64,000 bases of DNA, taken from positions 46,692,862 through 46,756,861 of the forward strand of contig CM074511.1 of the NCBI GenBank assembly GCA_037379345.1, given 5' to 3'. The stretch comes from Perna viridis. Its lineage: Eukaryota. The notes beneath the pieces were generated by a model. The model was not told the origin of the DNA. It did no database searches and was given only the letters and a program-made list of their open reading frames with translations. How positions within the stretch are numbered: the first letter of the stretch is position 1; every line of letters begins with the position of its first letter. A program made the translations under genes and the position numbers. Below, one piece after another: positions 40,501 through 52,060 of the stretch.

Positions 40501-41353
40501 AAAACATCTGAAGCAACATATAGTTAAAGATCATGGCATGCTTCCTGCAGCTCGTAAAGCACTGTATTCTGAGGACAATAGAATCTGTAGAATGTGTGAC
40601 GCTTCTTTCCCAAGCGAACTTGCCATGCACTTACACATGATTCAAGAGCACAATGCGCAGGTTAGTCTAAACACAAGTGAGAATGAACGTGAAAATATGC
40701 CACCAACACAGCATCGTAGAAAACTGAAATCAAGGTATGGACTAAATAAACTTTCTCTAATCACAAAACAGAAGTATTACAGTTGTTCCCAGTGTGACTT
40801 TAGAAGTAAATGGCTGAACAATCTAAGTGATCATGAACTCAAAGTACATAATATTGCTCCTCGTAATGGACAAATGCTTGGTAACATTGTGAACAATCCA
40901 TCAAAACTTGGAAAGTACAAGTGTACTAAGTGTAGCAGGAAATTTCCATCAGCTATTCTCTGTAACAGACATATAAGAGAAGAACATATACGCAAGAAGG
41001 ACTTTTCTGTAGTTAAGTCAAATACTCGTCACATGTGTGAAAAATGCAGCTTCTCAACCCGATTTGTAAAACAACTGAAACGTCATATTGAAAGAGTTCA
41101 TAGCAGAACACCAGAAAGTCAAATAAGAACAGAGAATGGAAAAGAGATATCAGGGAAAACAAACAGTTCAGAGCCATTGAATCTTCATTTACAAGCCATG
41201 AACAAATCAGACTGTGAGATGCAGGCTTTCAAGATCAAGGACTGTTCATCTGTTTACAGTGACTTTGTTACAACTGTTGTTCAGATGCCAGTGCGTCACC
41301 ATGTGAGTGCACCTATTACTGTGACCTTCCATTTAACCCCTATGGAACAATAG
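37598..41353 (+). CDS. Multi-C2H2 zinc-finger protein (12 dispersed fingers), putative transcriptional repressor with NuRD-type (RRKQSKP) and CtBP-type (PLNLS, PTDLS) motifs; single coding exon
   Basis: Uninterrupted 1251-codon ORF in otherwise ORF-poor DNA. Twelve C-x2-C-x12-H-x4-H units; six share C[NS]KY[FY]L..H....HG. Linkers are Pro/Ser/Met-rich. An in-frame TAG at 37568-37570 bounds the 5' end. Alternative starts are 37634 (GCCATGG) and 37658 (AAAATG). Confidence 0.95.
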   Translation: MVVQDNNEQMLAMDVLAFDKMKGNRRKQSKPIRVSNNPDSEGIEPNKFVGQPEAEFPNNGNDIENRSESEAYDVRSEKESDINGRENDNATTENNNKLMSSFQGSNPESYPTKYHRLGSELFQPAFPTNGNSPPERRESAHMNGEDRLNDMLEKSPNSDEEGKKVDGGNRIFHQDAYCEICDREFCNKYFLKTHRANKHGIFDNSTSPVSTMGSGLSLPQDIITTASPVQPPTLTTSSSFKVMDFIQNLPATEPKIKKPETPKPLKPESKSPLLPNPPSTPTTPVGSNVSSGANTNNSNSKPVSKDMEDFCELCQKHFCNKYYLKKHKNDVHGIAPPDGSSTSNKRGRPKDLQAQLDAITSSTMSLGNPTSSSSALSSFMPPHSLPNMPGLPNMPPGVMVLNPFMAPMLLHAGGLMPNQGGLPTPPMMSQPPPTSPTPPPMPSRSTANTPPPSSGPNSGDQTPTSNGALNQEAYCDLCQKEFCNKYFLKIHRANKHGVFFDDFPFGPPIPPYKMPPMFPEKPTSEKPESANDEEKKQDSSPKAGTSLVSNQDNSGTYCNLCNQEFASKYTYRIHRIQIHGMLNEAYEGALMEDIMKNSMKDRIESQMKISPNSLAKMEMDDYFNNRMMENGMSTMFSNMVAAKLADRVTCDICNKILCNKYFLKVHKQKVHGVEPSPEQDLKLDIIKSHHNEPSPAKSMKIEPSDPSPKLPSSFGPTFPMSYPKTSDAPLNMSPNSVEKPSKEELVKMGIDPEAYCEICKKEFCSKYFLRTHKLNIHGIRSDKPETPETDKMAFLNMNMSLSQPTMAMNPCSLSMAINQNNTPLNLSLGGNKKGKNGYEKHSWRWKEPVNSSRVICEICNKEVCNKYFLRTHKLNKHGILPSETSLSPSRNSPYQSEFDTQSNSSLPTDLSMKERNSSSPMAMHLDGNMSRPSSIYGLEHKRDSDENENSEYSYTEICQLCDQKFKNLKHLKQHIVKDHGMLPAARKALYSEDNRICRMCDASFPSELAMHLHMIQEHNAQVSLNTSENERENMPPTQHRRKLKSRYGLNKLSLITKQKYYSCSQCDFRSKWLNNLSDHELKVHNIAPRNGQMLGNIVNNPSKLGKYKCTKCSRKFPSAILCNRHIREEHIRKKDFSVVKSNTRHMCEKCSFSTRFVKQLKRHIERVHSRTPESQIRTENGKEISGKTNSSEPLNLHLQAMNKSDCEMQAFKIKDCSSVYSDFVTTVVQMPVRHHVSAPITVTFHLTPMEQ

Positions 41354-44310
41354 ACATGTGACTTATTTTTCCAGTGTTCGTGTAATGTGTTCATATTTTG
41401 AGGTTGCTTTTTATTTAAGGAGGTAGACCTAGGGTAAGGGACATAACTCATGAAATCAGTGATATGTTTGCATCATTCTCAATTTTACCAAAGCCTCTCA
41501 AGCTTTCATTTGAAGCAGAATAAAATGAATCCAAGTTAATTAGATGCTTACATAAGATTGTTGTAAAATGGTGAATACAAACATTCCAACGATTTTTAAG
41601 AGTTGTGTCCCTTACTCTAGGTCTACCTCCTTAATCTTTTTTGTTTTGTTGTGAAATTCCCGCATGATTTTTTTTACTGTTTTTAGAAATGGTTATTTTT
41701 GAGAATTTTTATATTGTGCAATATGCTAAACAACAATTAAGCAAAGCATTAAAGTGTGTAGTTCTAGAAATTGTGCTAAATAGATCACAATAAGGTTTTG
41801 CATTGGACAAGATTCAAAAGGTTGTAATTAGTTAAAAAAATAAGAAGTTGATGACAACCCAAATTCTTTTTGTTGTATTATCTATTTTGAGAGAATTACA
41901 TACGTATAAAAATCAAAAAGAAAAAAAGTTACTTCCAATATTTGTTTCTCGTTTGAAGGAGAAAAACTACGCATAGGTATTAGCTAAGTCAGTATTAGAA
42001 TCATTTATCTTCATTGGGGTACATTGTTGATGCAGAATTATCATTTTGCTTAGTAGGTCTGTGTCAAAGGATGAAGAGTGCTATTATTTTATTTATATTT
42101 ATGATAGGGAAGTTTATTCTTCTAATTGTTGGTAGAAAGATCTTAAGGGTGAAATATTTTCATCCATGGCTAGTCATTTCAGATTTATTGGAAACAAATT
42201 TCTCAGTTCCTTTACTGGAACTATTTACTTCAACTATTTAAAAATTATAACATGTAAACCTTGTATTAACCAGAGGCATTAACCAAAAATCATGTAAGGT
42301 GATGAAGAATTATTTAAAACCATGTAATTTTGTACCTTTATAGTTTACAAAAATTGCGGAAGATTTGTAAAATTTGATCTCTTAATTTTGAAATGACTAT
42401 GCCTTCATGTACAGATATTATTATTTATTTTGAAGTGTGCCATCCATAGTCACGCAACAAAATCGGCATGTAGATAGGCTATTATTACATAAGCGGTAGT
42501 TGTATAGGGTGTGCCACTGCTTAACGGCATGTATCTGTTTTGTTGATATATATATTGTTGAATTTTGTGTGTATTTAGTGTTTTTAAACAACAAACAATT
42601 CCATGGGCGAACCATAGCCAAAATGTTTGTATGATGTTTTTTTTAGCTATTTTTTGAAAACCTTGTTTTCATTGTTTTTAAACTGATGCCCTTACATATA
42701 TCATTGCCTGTACTTAGCCTAAAATTTCAATATAACAGCTTTTCAACCACAAACTCATACTATCAGGGATTTTTTGTCCTCTAAATTTTCACATCATTTT
42801 GCAGTTTTCAAGTAGTTAGGTTTCATTCATTTGTTCTCCATATTTTTTTCTTTCATTTCATGGTTCTGAGATTTGTTTGTCTTATTTTGTGGTTTTCCAG
42901 TGTGATTTTTTTCTATATAACTAATATATATATTTGGCAATATTGTGATCTAAATATAGAACAGTGTGTGTTGGGTGCGTGTGAGTTTTCAAACAGGATT
43001 GTTATATTTTTGGTATTATATATTATATATAATTGGTTGGTTTTTAATTTATTTTTCTTAAGTCACACATTATGCATTCTACACAATTCTAGTCCTGATT
43101 TTGTTGTTTGATTAATTCACAGTGGGTCACTTAGAAAGTAAACACATCTAGCACTGCAGTGGGTCATTCAGCCATTTTACATACTTGATATAATCAATTG
43201 AAATTTTTCAATACTTAAAATGTAAAGGTAAAGAAATGTCATATTATATATGTACTTTTCAATGATAAGTATAGTGTTACATAAAATCCATTTCTGAAGT
43301 GACCCATTTACAGTACACTTGTTGGGTTTCAAAAATGTCCATGAAGTTTATACATGTAGTGAGTTACATATGTAGCAGTACATAATTCTTTGGGTTGTAC
43401 TTACATGGCAATAAACTTGTTTAATCAAAATAGGTGGCTATCTTTGATGAATAAGCTATTGTTAAATTTCATGGCACTTTTGATTGGTTTTGTTGTTTGG
43501 ATTATCTGTAGCAGAACTTTTGGTTAGAAGTTTTTGTAGTAACTTATGTTTACACCATGTTTGTTTTGACTGTTGAATGCTTGTTATAATCTAGTCAAAA
43601 ATATTTAGTGTTCTAATATACAAACTTCAGGATGTGTTCAGTGGTTTCTGGTTAGAGGCTCTGTTTTAAAGCACTTCAAAACAGTTTCTAGTGTATTGTA
43701 TTTTTTTTTTTTTTTGGTACACATATTTTTGGAGACCAACAACATCACTTCGAAATATCAATGTTTTAACTCTGTTTTAGATTTAACTAGCCAAAATATA
43801 ATGAAAGGTGAAATATTATTTAAAAAAGGAGAAATGTTATAAAAAAGATGAGTATTTTCAGTGTTGTTGTGTCCTTCCTTGTGGTAAGAGCCTGCAGTAA
43901 GACCATTGTAATCAGGATCATTTGAAAAAAGTAGGTGAAATTTTCAATCAGAAATGGAGCACATCCTGGTGACTGAAAGAAAATTGTGTGTTCAGATTTT
44001 TGAAGACTTGTTGTATATTGGTTGGTTTTCTTTTGACTATAGGTAAAGCCTCTTCTTGATATGACTGAGCGAAGACATGTGAATGCAGTACTTAACATGT
44101 CTCTTATAAATAGGCACTTTAATCATTATGAAATGTGCTTTCTGATTTGATAATAAGATGCAATAGAAAATTTTAAAGGGCATTTTTTGTGGAAGTTTTG
44201 AGTGCAATAGAAAATCAAACAATTCAAGACCTTTTCCTAACATTATGCAATGTTTTCTGCCTACCTCAAGTGAATATTTGTGCAATAAAATTGTTTAATT
44301 TGATTGTTTT
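41354..44310 (+). other. Putative long 3' UTR of the zinc-finger gene
   Basis: T/GT-rich sense strand. AATAAA at 41519, 43410 and 44284; the last is followed by a T/G-rich tract. CpG depletion ends shortly after, at ~44420. Confidence 0.5.
41419..41630. mobile_element. Intact TTAA-flanked MITE (Kolobok-like) in the putative 3' UTR
   Basis: TTAA|GGAGGTAGACCTAGGGTAAGGGACATAACTC ... GAGTTGTGTCCCTTACTCTAGGTCTACCTCC|TTAA: 31-bp TIR with 2 mismatches. Purine-purine start fits Kolobok rather than piggyBac. Confidence 0.88.
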
Positions 44311-44391
44311 CTTTAATTATTGTGTTGTTAGTAAAGGTAAATCCTGAGTTTCAGGTTGGGGTGTGAATGGATTTAAATGCCAAACAAAACA

Positions 44392-44540
44392 CTTGTTTGG
44401 ACAGCCTATAGTCAACATACCTACCGTAAATTTCTTGTGTGGACACACTATTGTCAACATACCTACGCAGAAACCTTGCTTTGGCACACTGTAGTCAACA
44501 AACCAACCGCAGAACCCTTGTGTGGACACACTATAGTCAT
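44392..44540. repeat. ~42-bp minisatellite, ~3.5 copies
   Basis: CTTGTGTGGACACACTATAGTCAACATACCTACCGCAGAA-like units. Confidence 0.85.
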
Positions 44541-44823
44541 TTTGATGTACAATACCGCAACACCCAAGGGAAAGATTTACGATGCAAAATCAAATCGAAG
44601 AAAACTGATATAAAAATACTAATTAAACAGACTCATAACCCAAAACCACTATACTAAACTTAAGAAACATTCACGAATGCATGCGAAAAAGCTTTAAATA
44701 TAACTTCAACAGCAAGAATAAACTGTCAAGTAACTCTGACTTGCTGAAATCCCATTCTAAGCGTCTGTGCGCATACTTTATTAGTAAAAAATCCAATGAC
44801 AACGGAAACATGGAAAATGCTCA

Positions 44824-44982
44824 ATAGACCCTTTTGTGCTAACGTTGGGTTAGTCGATGAGCATGCGTAGAGCATGCTCAATATATACACTACCGCGAGG
44901 AAAATTCTTTTGTTCTACCCAAGCTATACCTCGCGGAAATGTATATTGAGCATGCTCACCAACTTACCACAAAAGGGTCTAT
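44824..44982. mobile_element. Small fold-back MITE
   Basis: ATAGACCCTTTTGTG / CACAAAAGGGTCTAT termini, plus inner arms GAGCATGCTCAATATA...CCGCGAGG / CCTCGCGG...TATATTGAGCATGCTC. Confidence 0.85.
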
Positions 44983-45318
44983 ATTGTAATTTTGACCTTT
45001 ACTTTCGACTTAATATTCCTTAATCAATAAGGTTCGGATCCTGAGTCATTGTTTTAAGAATTGTCTAAAATTTGCCCACCTGATATGTATCAATCATTTA
45101 CATTCGTAAACTATTTTGGCGACTGCGACGGCCGATAGGGGTTTCCTCCCTTGATAAAGAGAATGTTGTTTAAATTGTTAAAATTGTGTTTAACTTCAAC
45201 CTTATTAAAATTAAATCTTAATTACGCTACCCTCCATTGGCACATGCCAGATCGTGTATTTTAATCAGATTGGTTGTGGTCTGGAAACCAACCTTTTGCA
45301 AGGTTTTAAGGTTTATTA

Positions 45319-45446
45319 CAGGCGCGTAGCTGCCGTTAGGCAAAAAAGCTTTTTTTTTTGGGGGGGGGGGGCTTCGCCTTAAGCGGCCCCCAGACCCCCT
45401 GCCGTAATTTTGCCTACACTTCAATTTGGCCTCAGCTACGCGCCTA
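45319..45446. mobile_element. Short hAT-like MITE
   Basis: AGGCGCGTAGCTG / CAGCTACGCGCCT termini, inner TAGGCAAAA / TTTTGCCTA, and G-run/C-run interior. No clear 8-bp TSD. Confidence 0.7.
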
Positions 45447-47296
45447 TCACTATTTTTTTTATGTCTCACCGGGGACTTTTTCTAATATACACTTCATACT
45501 ATGACCTATGTGACCTAGACCTTCGACAGAATGAAACCTAATAGGGTCCGACATACCTGATATGTAACGTACAGTCATACGTTGAAGTTTCTCTAGAAAC
45601 GGATGTAATCTTTTCAAGTTATCGTCCGGGATCCCCTTGTTTGTGAAATCTTGTAACTTTTTTGGTGACAGTGCCCCTGAACTTTGGGATTATACCAAAA
45701 GTTTTGTTTGAATTCCATTTAAATTTTTTTTTTTTTTTTGGTTTTCTTTGAGAAAACACTTTTTGCAAGATTTTCAACCGTATTTTTGTGACTGTGACAT
45801 TGACCTTTGTCAGAATTACTCAAAATCCGGACAGTTTCTTCTTTGTGTTATATGTAAGTAGTATCCCTAATTTTCATTTTGAATCGGATATAAACTAAGT
45901 TGTCGTACGGAAGCCAGTCGTAGACAACCCGTCTGTCCCCCGCCATCACAAACTAATATCCAATTTTAACTAACACCACCGCAGAAACATTTAGTATTGT
46001 GGTTTCAGCACAACCAGAAGCATTCCACGGTTCTTTGAAGATCACAGAAGAGCACGACCAACTTTTCTTATCATGTTTATACCTAAAAAAAATCCCTTTT
46101 TTATTTCACTAAAAGGCTACCTGTGTTATGAGCGATAGTGAGCAAAGTGGGGTGGTTTGAAAGGTCATGGGTTGCCTATTCAACATCATATCAAGTAATC
46201 TCACGCTTAAATTACAACGAATTATAAACAAATTTAAATTTAAGGCTTGTCTAATTTTAAATTCAATATTTGCATAAATTAAATGAAATTATCGTGGCTC
46301 ATTATTCAAAGTCATGCTGTAGTTTGACCCTATTTAGGAGTAGATGCACTATTTTTATTTCTTATAGGACATAACATACTATAAAATAGTTTCTGGTATA
46401 ATTCATTTCAATTTCTCACCCTAAGTCATTTATTTACATTTTTAAGAAGTTTCTTTTACCAGGTGCACAAAATTTTGGGAAAAATTCGGGTCATAGCCTT
46501 AAACATTTTACAAATTAATGAATGTATGTAGTTTAGTACATTCTGAAATGCAAATGTGGAAAAACTATGCCGTGTCAAAAGGTTGAATTTAAAGTAAAAA
46601 TTTGATAAATGTTGAAATTTCAAGTGTGATTAATTTTGTGCTTGTGGGGATTTTTGGACACATGGTCCTTATATGCAAATGACCTCTCGGCGATATATTT
46701 ACAACATAAATACTGTTTTTACAGTTAGAACCTGAGGTCAAAATTGGCTAATTCTTCAAAACTGACCACCACTTTGACCGCTCGTACTTCTTTAAAGAGA
46801 TGAAACGTTTGCTCTCAAACTTTCATCTTTTTTTCTTGGATGCAACACAAGGTCATTTTCAGCTATGTGGATAATCTAAGATCACTGGGGTGGATTTAAT
46901 TTTAATGATATTCTAGAAAGAACGCCCGAATTTTATTACAAGGACAGATAAACAAAAAGACTGAGGGTGTTTTTATATAAAGATAAATATTTCAAATTCT
47001 GCATCATTAAATTTCAAGTAATTTGAGCGTAAAAATATAGTACACAAAGCGAGTAAAATATTTTGATTGTCATCATCTCAAATTCAATATTTTTATAAAA
47101 CATTCTAAATATTTTAAATAATGACATTTGTAGTCAGATTTACTTGTTAGGTCGTGAACACTTGTACAGAAAAATCTGTCTGAACCGACCCTTGAATACA
47201 GATTCAGATTCAATACTTTATTATAGTCTCATCACTTGTATGACATTACATATAATCCATGTTAAAAAAAAACAACAAAACCATAGTTATAATACA

Positions 47297-47556
47297 CAGG
47301 GGGGGATCTAGGATTTTAGATTGGGGGGGGGGGCGCAGAGTTAAAATTTCGCCTTGCGGAGTGAGGCGAAACAATATTTTAGGTTAATTTTTTGAAATAT
47401 TCTTCTAGATTGAGTGCAATGTAGATATCTTTTGTGGTAAAATTAGCGAGAAATTAAAGTTTAACATAAAACCGCCTAAATCTACCCCTGACTACCCATG
47501 CTTTGCAAATTTTAGGAAGGCACACGCCCGCCATGCCCCGCCTGAATCCGCCCCTG
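47297..47556. mobile_element. MITE with CAGGGG(C)GGAT...ATCCGCCCCTG termini
   Basis: Inverted GC-rich termini; ATACA is repeated directly on both flanks. Confidence 0.7.
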
Positions 47557-47619
47557 ATACAATTAGAATTATGAGAGACTTTTAAACATATAATACAACT
47601 ATACGCCATAAAAGACACA

Positions 47620-48170
47620 AAACCATACCATGAAGAATCAAAAAACATGTCTAAACCAAAGCATGAAGAATCCACAAACATATTTTAACCAAAGCATGAA
47701 GAATCCCAAAAACATATCTAAACTAAACCATGAAGAATCCAAAAACATGTCTAAACCAAAGCATGAAGAATCCCAAAAACATATCTTAACCACAGCATGA
47801 AGAATCCCAAAAATATATCTAAACCAAAGCATGAAGAATCCCAAAACATATCTAAACCAAACCATGAAGAAACCCAAAAACATATCTAAACCAAAGCATG
47901 AAGAATCCCAAAAACATATCTAAACCAAAGCATGAAGAATCCCAAAACATATCTAAACCAAAGCATGAAGAATCCCAAAAACATATCTTAACCACAGCAT
48001 GAAGAATCCTAAAAATATATCTAAACCAAAGCATGAAGAATCCCAAAACATATCTAAACCAAACCATGAAGAAACCCAAAAACATATCTAAACCAAAGCA
48101 TGAAGAATCCCAAAAACATATCTAAACCAAACCATGACGAATCCAAAAACATATCTAAACCAGACCATCA
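47620..48170. repeat. 33/34-bp minisatellite, ~16 copies
   Basis: AAACATATCTAAACCAAAGCATGAAGAATCCCA(A) units. Explains three spurious minus-strand ORFs. Confidence 0.97.
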
Positions 48171-48217
48171 ATAAACGTCCAAATCAAACCGGTATGACAG
48201 TTCTTGTATTCATATCT

Positions 48218-48280
48218 GAACCTGTGTTAACTGAAGAACTGGTTAAACTTAACAAAACGAGTTCGGCAGGTTTCACTGTA
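48218..48280. mobile_element. MITE remnant (right end), similar to the 504-701 family
   Basis: Ends in CAGGTTTCACTGTA, the inverted form of the TAC(A/T)GTGAAAC terminus. Confidence 0.4.
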
Positions 48281-51200
48281 GTCGATCCAGATGTGGGGTG
48301 TTAGGCGATGTATTGGACGGTGCGAGGAAACAGGCCATTTTTTATTCAGAAATCGTTAAAGGAGGAAATCTACGCTCGAGACTGACTATTCTTTACATTT
48401 CCAATTATGGAGCAACAGACGAACATAAATTTGTCAGTAAATATACTTTAAGTCGTCTTTACTAAATCATTATATGAATTTTAAGTCAAATTGCTATGAT
48501 AGAAAGTTTTGGTAAGGTTCAGACAGAAATTGATAAAGAGATGGGGAGCCTATATTGATTACTCATTTAGGTCTAGACGGTCTTTTTAATATTTTTTCTA
48601 CTCGCAATGAAACAATTTAATTGTCGTAAAGGCACGAAAGTTTCAGTAAAGGTTACAAAGCGTGTTAGTAAAATAAATGAATTGACTACAGAAATAAGAA
48701 AGAAAATGAAAACAGAGGGATATAAGAGATTGATGTATAATGGAGATAGTTAAGGATAGAGATGGCTATGTCAAACACAGATGCCTCCTGGAACTTGAAA
48801 TAAAGATTAACGGCTCTGTGTCTGCGGCCTCGTAAACATCATGGTAATAGTTGAAACAAATTGGCACGTTGTCGTTGAAGGCTCAGTGTCACAGGAACGG
48901 GAAAATCTGATTGGTCATAGATTCATGTACATCAGAATAATAGAACGCTGGAAGATCTTGTAACCCTCAGCCCCACCCCCCCCCCAAAAAAAAACCCCAA
49001 AAAATCAGAATATTATTGAATAAATCAGAGAAATTTTCTTCAAAGTGTATACATTAAGGCATAATTTATCAAAAATATCAAAATTGCACTATATGAGATC
49101 ATATACATGTATGTCAGCTTGGGTTGGGATAAACATTTAAAATTCGTTTACATTTTACATGCAATAGTGGTTGTAAATCGTATTGTAGATCATAGGGGAT
49201 AGGTATACCCAATTATACTGCACTTCTAACTTTGGTATAATATTTCTTAAAATAATTGCAAAACTTATCAGTCGACATAAGTGGGTACAAATCTCTAAAA
49301 CGACCTGTCCCATTTGTCTGACTGGGAGTTGTTAAAACTTAACCATGACAAATGTACAGTACATGTAAATTAATTATTAATACAGCAAGTTCTTTGATCA
49401 AACAAATAAAAAGTATAAAGGTACACCGAAATTTTCATTAAAGTTGACAAGTGGTCATCCAGACTGCCTTAAAGATAGATATTGTCCATAGTCGTGTTGA
49501 CCGACATCATTAATGTCTTGCATACATTCGCACAATTGTTGGTGGTCAAAAAGACAATTTATCATAAAAAAAATTGACAAGCATTACATGTACTTTTGTG
49601 TCCATAATGACAAAGTAGTATTTGTCATTTTATTGGTAAAACTACATGTTAAAACATAAGAAGCGCCTTCAAAGGTGGACAATGTGAAGGCTAATGATTG
49701 AGTTATGATATAAAATGAAAATAAAAATGTTAACATTTATTCAGTATGACTCATTATTAGGGGTCATTTTTTTACAATTATTTGTTAAAACCATCCATTT
49801 CATGTTCAGCTTTGATAATGTAGAGATGAATATTCAGAAGCAGGTGAACAGGACAGTATGAATATCCCATCAGAAACACCATATAATCGCCGAAAGACGA
49901 TACTTTAATAAAAACATATTACTACTAATGTGAACAATGAACGCAGAGATTTTATTGCAATATCCAAATATCAATATTTCATTACCTTCAGAAATAATCA
50001 TCAAAGTATTTGTAAAGTTTGCCTTTATAGTATATTGATAGGTCAAATTCAGTTGAAATGCACTATAGAAAAATATGGGTAGGGATTCCCGCACTTTTTC
50101 CCTCTATAAGCAGTCAAAAAGTATCTACGTTACAAATGCATCTGGATAAATTCAAATAGCTTTCCGGTTGTTTTCTTTAGGTCTTGAATACATTTTAGAC
50201 CAAATTGACATACACGATGTGCCACTGATTCTTGCACAGAACGGTACTTAAACCACTTATCTTGAAAGCAAAATGACTATATACATGACTAAGTGTCTTA
50301 CAGATAAGGCCACTCAAAACATAGTTTTCGATGTAGTACTTTGTCGTAAGAAATTAATGAAACAAAGCACGACCTCCAGTCGATTTCAATTCAAAGGCAT
50401 GCATGTCATATATAAGTGTGTAAAACAAGGGACAAGGGAATACAAATTATTTTTAATCTCCCACATATCACATCTGAAGGAAAATAGCACTGAATATACC
50501 CACTATCATAAAAGAAACCTTTTTTCACCATGGCTGGTGTTAATTCGAAATATGTCGATTGTTTGTATCATTTTTATTGCTGATTTATACATGTCAAATG
50601 GTTCTTGTAGATGTCCTAAAACCTCCTGGCTCGGTGTTTTGAGTTGTATAAGGACTATTATAAGTATTTATTTCCATCAATTCAGTGTAGATCTTTAGTA
50701 AAGAAACGAAAGAAATGTGTGCACCAAACTCAAAGAGTAGCTAGTCATTTTTAGCTTTGAATGCAAAGGGTTTCCAGTCTAGGTGGCATTACAAGTATTG
50801 TGTTAACTTCTATAATATTGCAAAGTTAAAACAACCAACATTTCCATGTTGAATAAGAACAGTTCTAAATGATTTAAAAAAAACAAACATCGATTTAACA
50901 AAAGTATATTGTTTCAAACTGAGAAAATCTAAGATGGTTCCATTTCCCCCTTTAATGTTTTAGCGTGTTTAAATTCTGGTGTAAACATTAAAATTATTGT
51001 AAAACAAATTAAGCCATCTGGTACAATTACCTCTTAATTCAATTTAATTACCCCCAATTCACATATTTGAAAATCAATAATTCCCACGATGAAATAAACA
51101 CGCATTCTATTGTGGCAAAAATATCAACAAAGATTTAATTACAAAGGAAACGACCGACAAACTTAAAAATTTAACAGTTTTGTGATATTTTGTCTTTGTT

Positions 51201-51809
51201 TAGGAAACCGTGATTATTTTGTTATCAGATTAACACTGCTTCCACCTGTTCACGGCTTTCTAGAAATCACTACTTCAAAATTATGTTAAAATCTCACTTT
51301 AACTTTTTCTAATTAATAAACATGAAACATAATTAATTGAAAATGCTTGATGTAAGTATCCTAAAAAAGTAATTAGAATGAAAATACACAGATAGGAAAC
51401 TCAATTTAAATATTCAATACCCGTTTCAACGTTTGGTCTTGAAATCGACAAGCAGCAGAAAGACCAAAATTTCTGTATGACACAATGACACAATGACATA
51501 CTTCAAATTCTTCAAAGGGCATACTTTTCATTTCATTCATATAAATTTACGATTCATTAATGCCAACACCAGTATGCATGTACCTGTGTGGAATGGTACA
51601 TACTTTGAGACTCACTAAAACGGGAAGCTACATATACATGTATATAGCTTCAAATAATATCATCAAAAGTTCGTCTTCTTTGGTTGAAATTGAAAACAAG
51701 GAGTAGCCACAATCTTCGGCTTTTACCCGCTTTTGTCAGATTAAATTTTGTTATAGTTTTATTATATTGAATATCAACCATAAAAGTACACAACAGTGGG
51801 TCTAGTTTC

Positions 51810-52060
51810 TAGTAACAAGGAAACAAAAGATCATGATAACGATGCAAATCCAAGGTAACAAGACAGGTCTTAAAAATTGGAAGAGATGCCAATATAAATA
51901 ACCAAATACAATTCTTACAGTACCGAACACCACCGAGACTTTACGGTGGACTCCGCGTATAAAGAGAGAAAACCTAACAAGCCAAAAACAGTATGGTGAA
52001 GGACAGTAGTAGCAAACTTAAAAACGGTCGGCTCTCATGAAGAGAGGCATAAAAATTGAA
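51810..52060 (+). pseudogene. Decayed 3' end of an RTE-clade LINE ORF
   Basis: Translation across one frameshift gives TETLRWTP / RKPNKPKTVW*RTVVANLKTVG. This resembles the RTE C-terminal ALxWxPxGKRxRGRPKxTWRRTVExEL pattern; the stop is a plausible CGA>TGA change. Confidence 0.5.

Noticed and set aside
37598-41353. Assigning a gene symbol (SALL, FOG/ush, BCL11, ZNF423-like)
   Set aside because: Only the short N-terminal motif is shared and the finger architecture differs, so a homology search is needed.
47454-48085. Repetitive hydrophobic ORFs (MFLGFFM...)
   Set aside because: Artefacts of the 33/34-bp minisatellite.
50273-50698. 141-aa ORF, the longest outside the CDS
   Set aside because: Composition is typical of random AT-rich sequence, with no domain motif or splice context.
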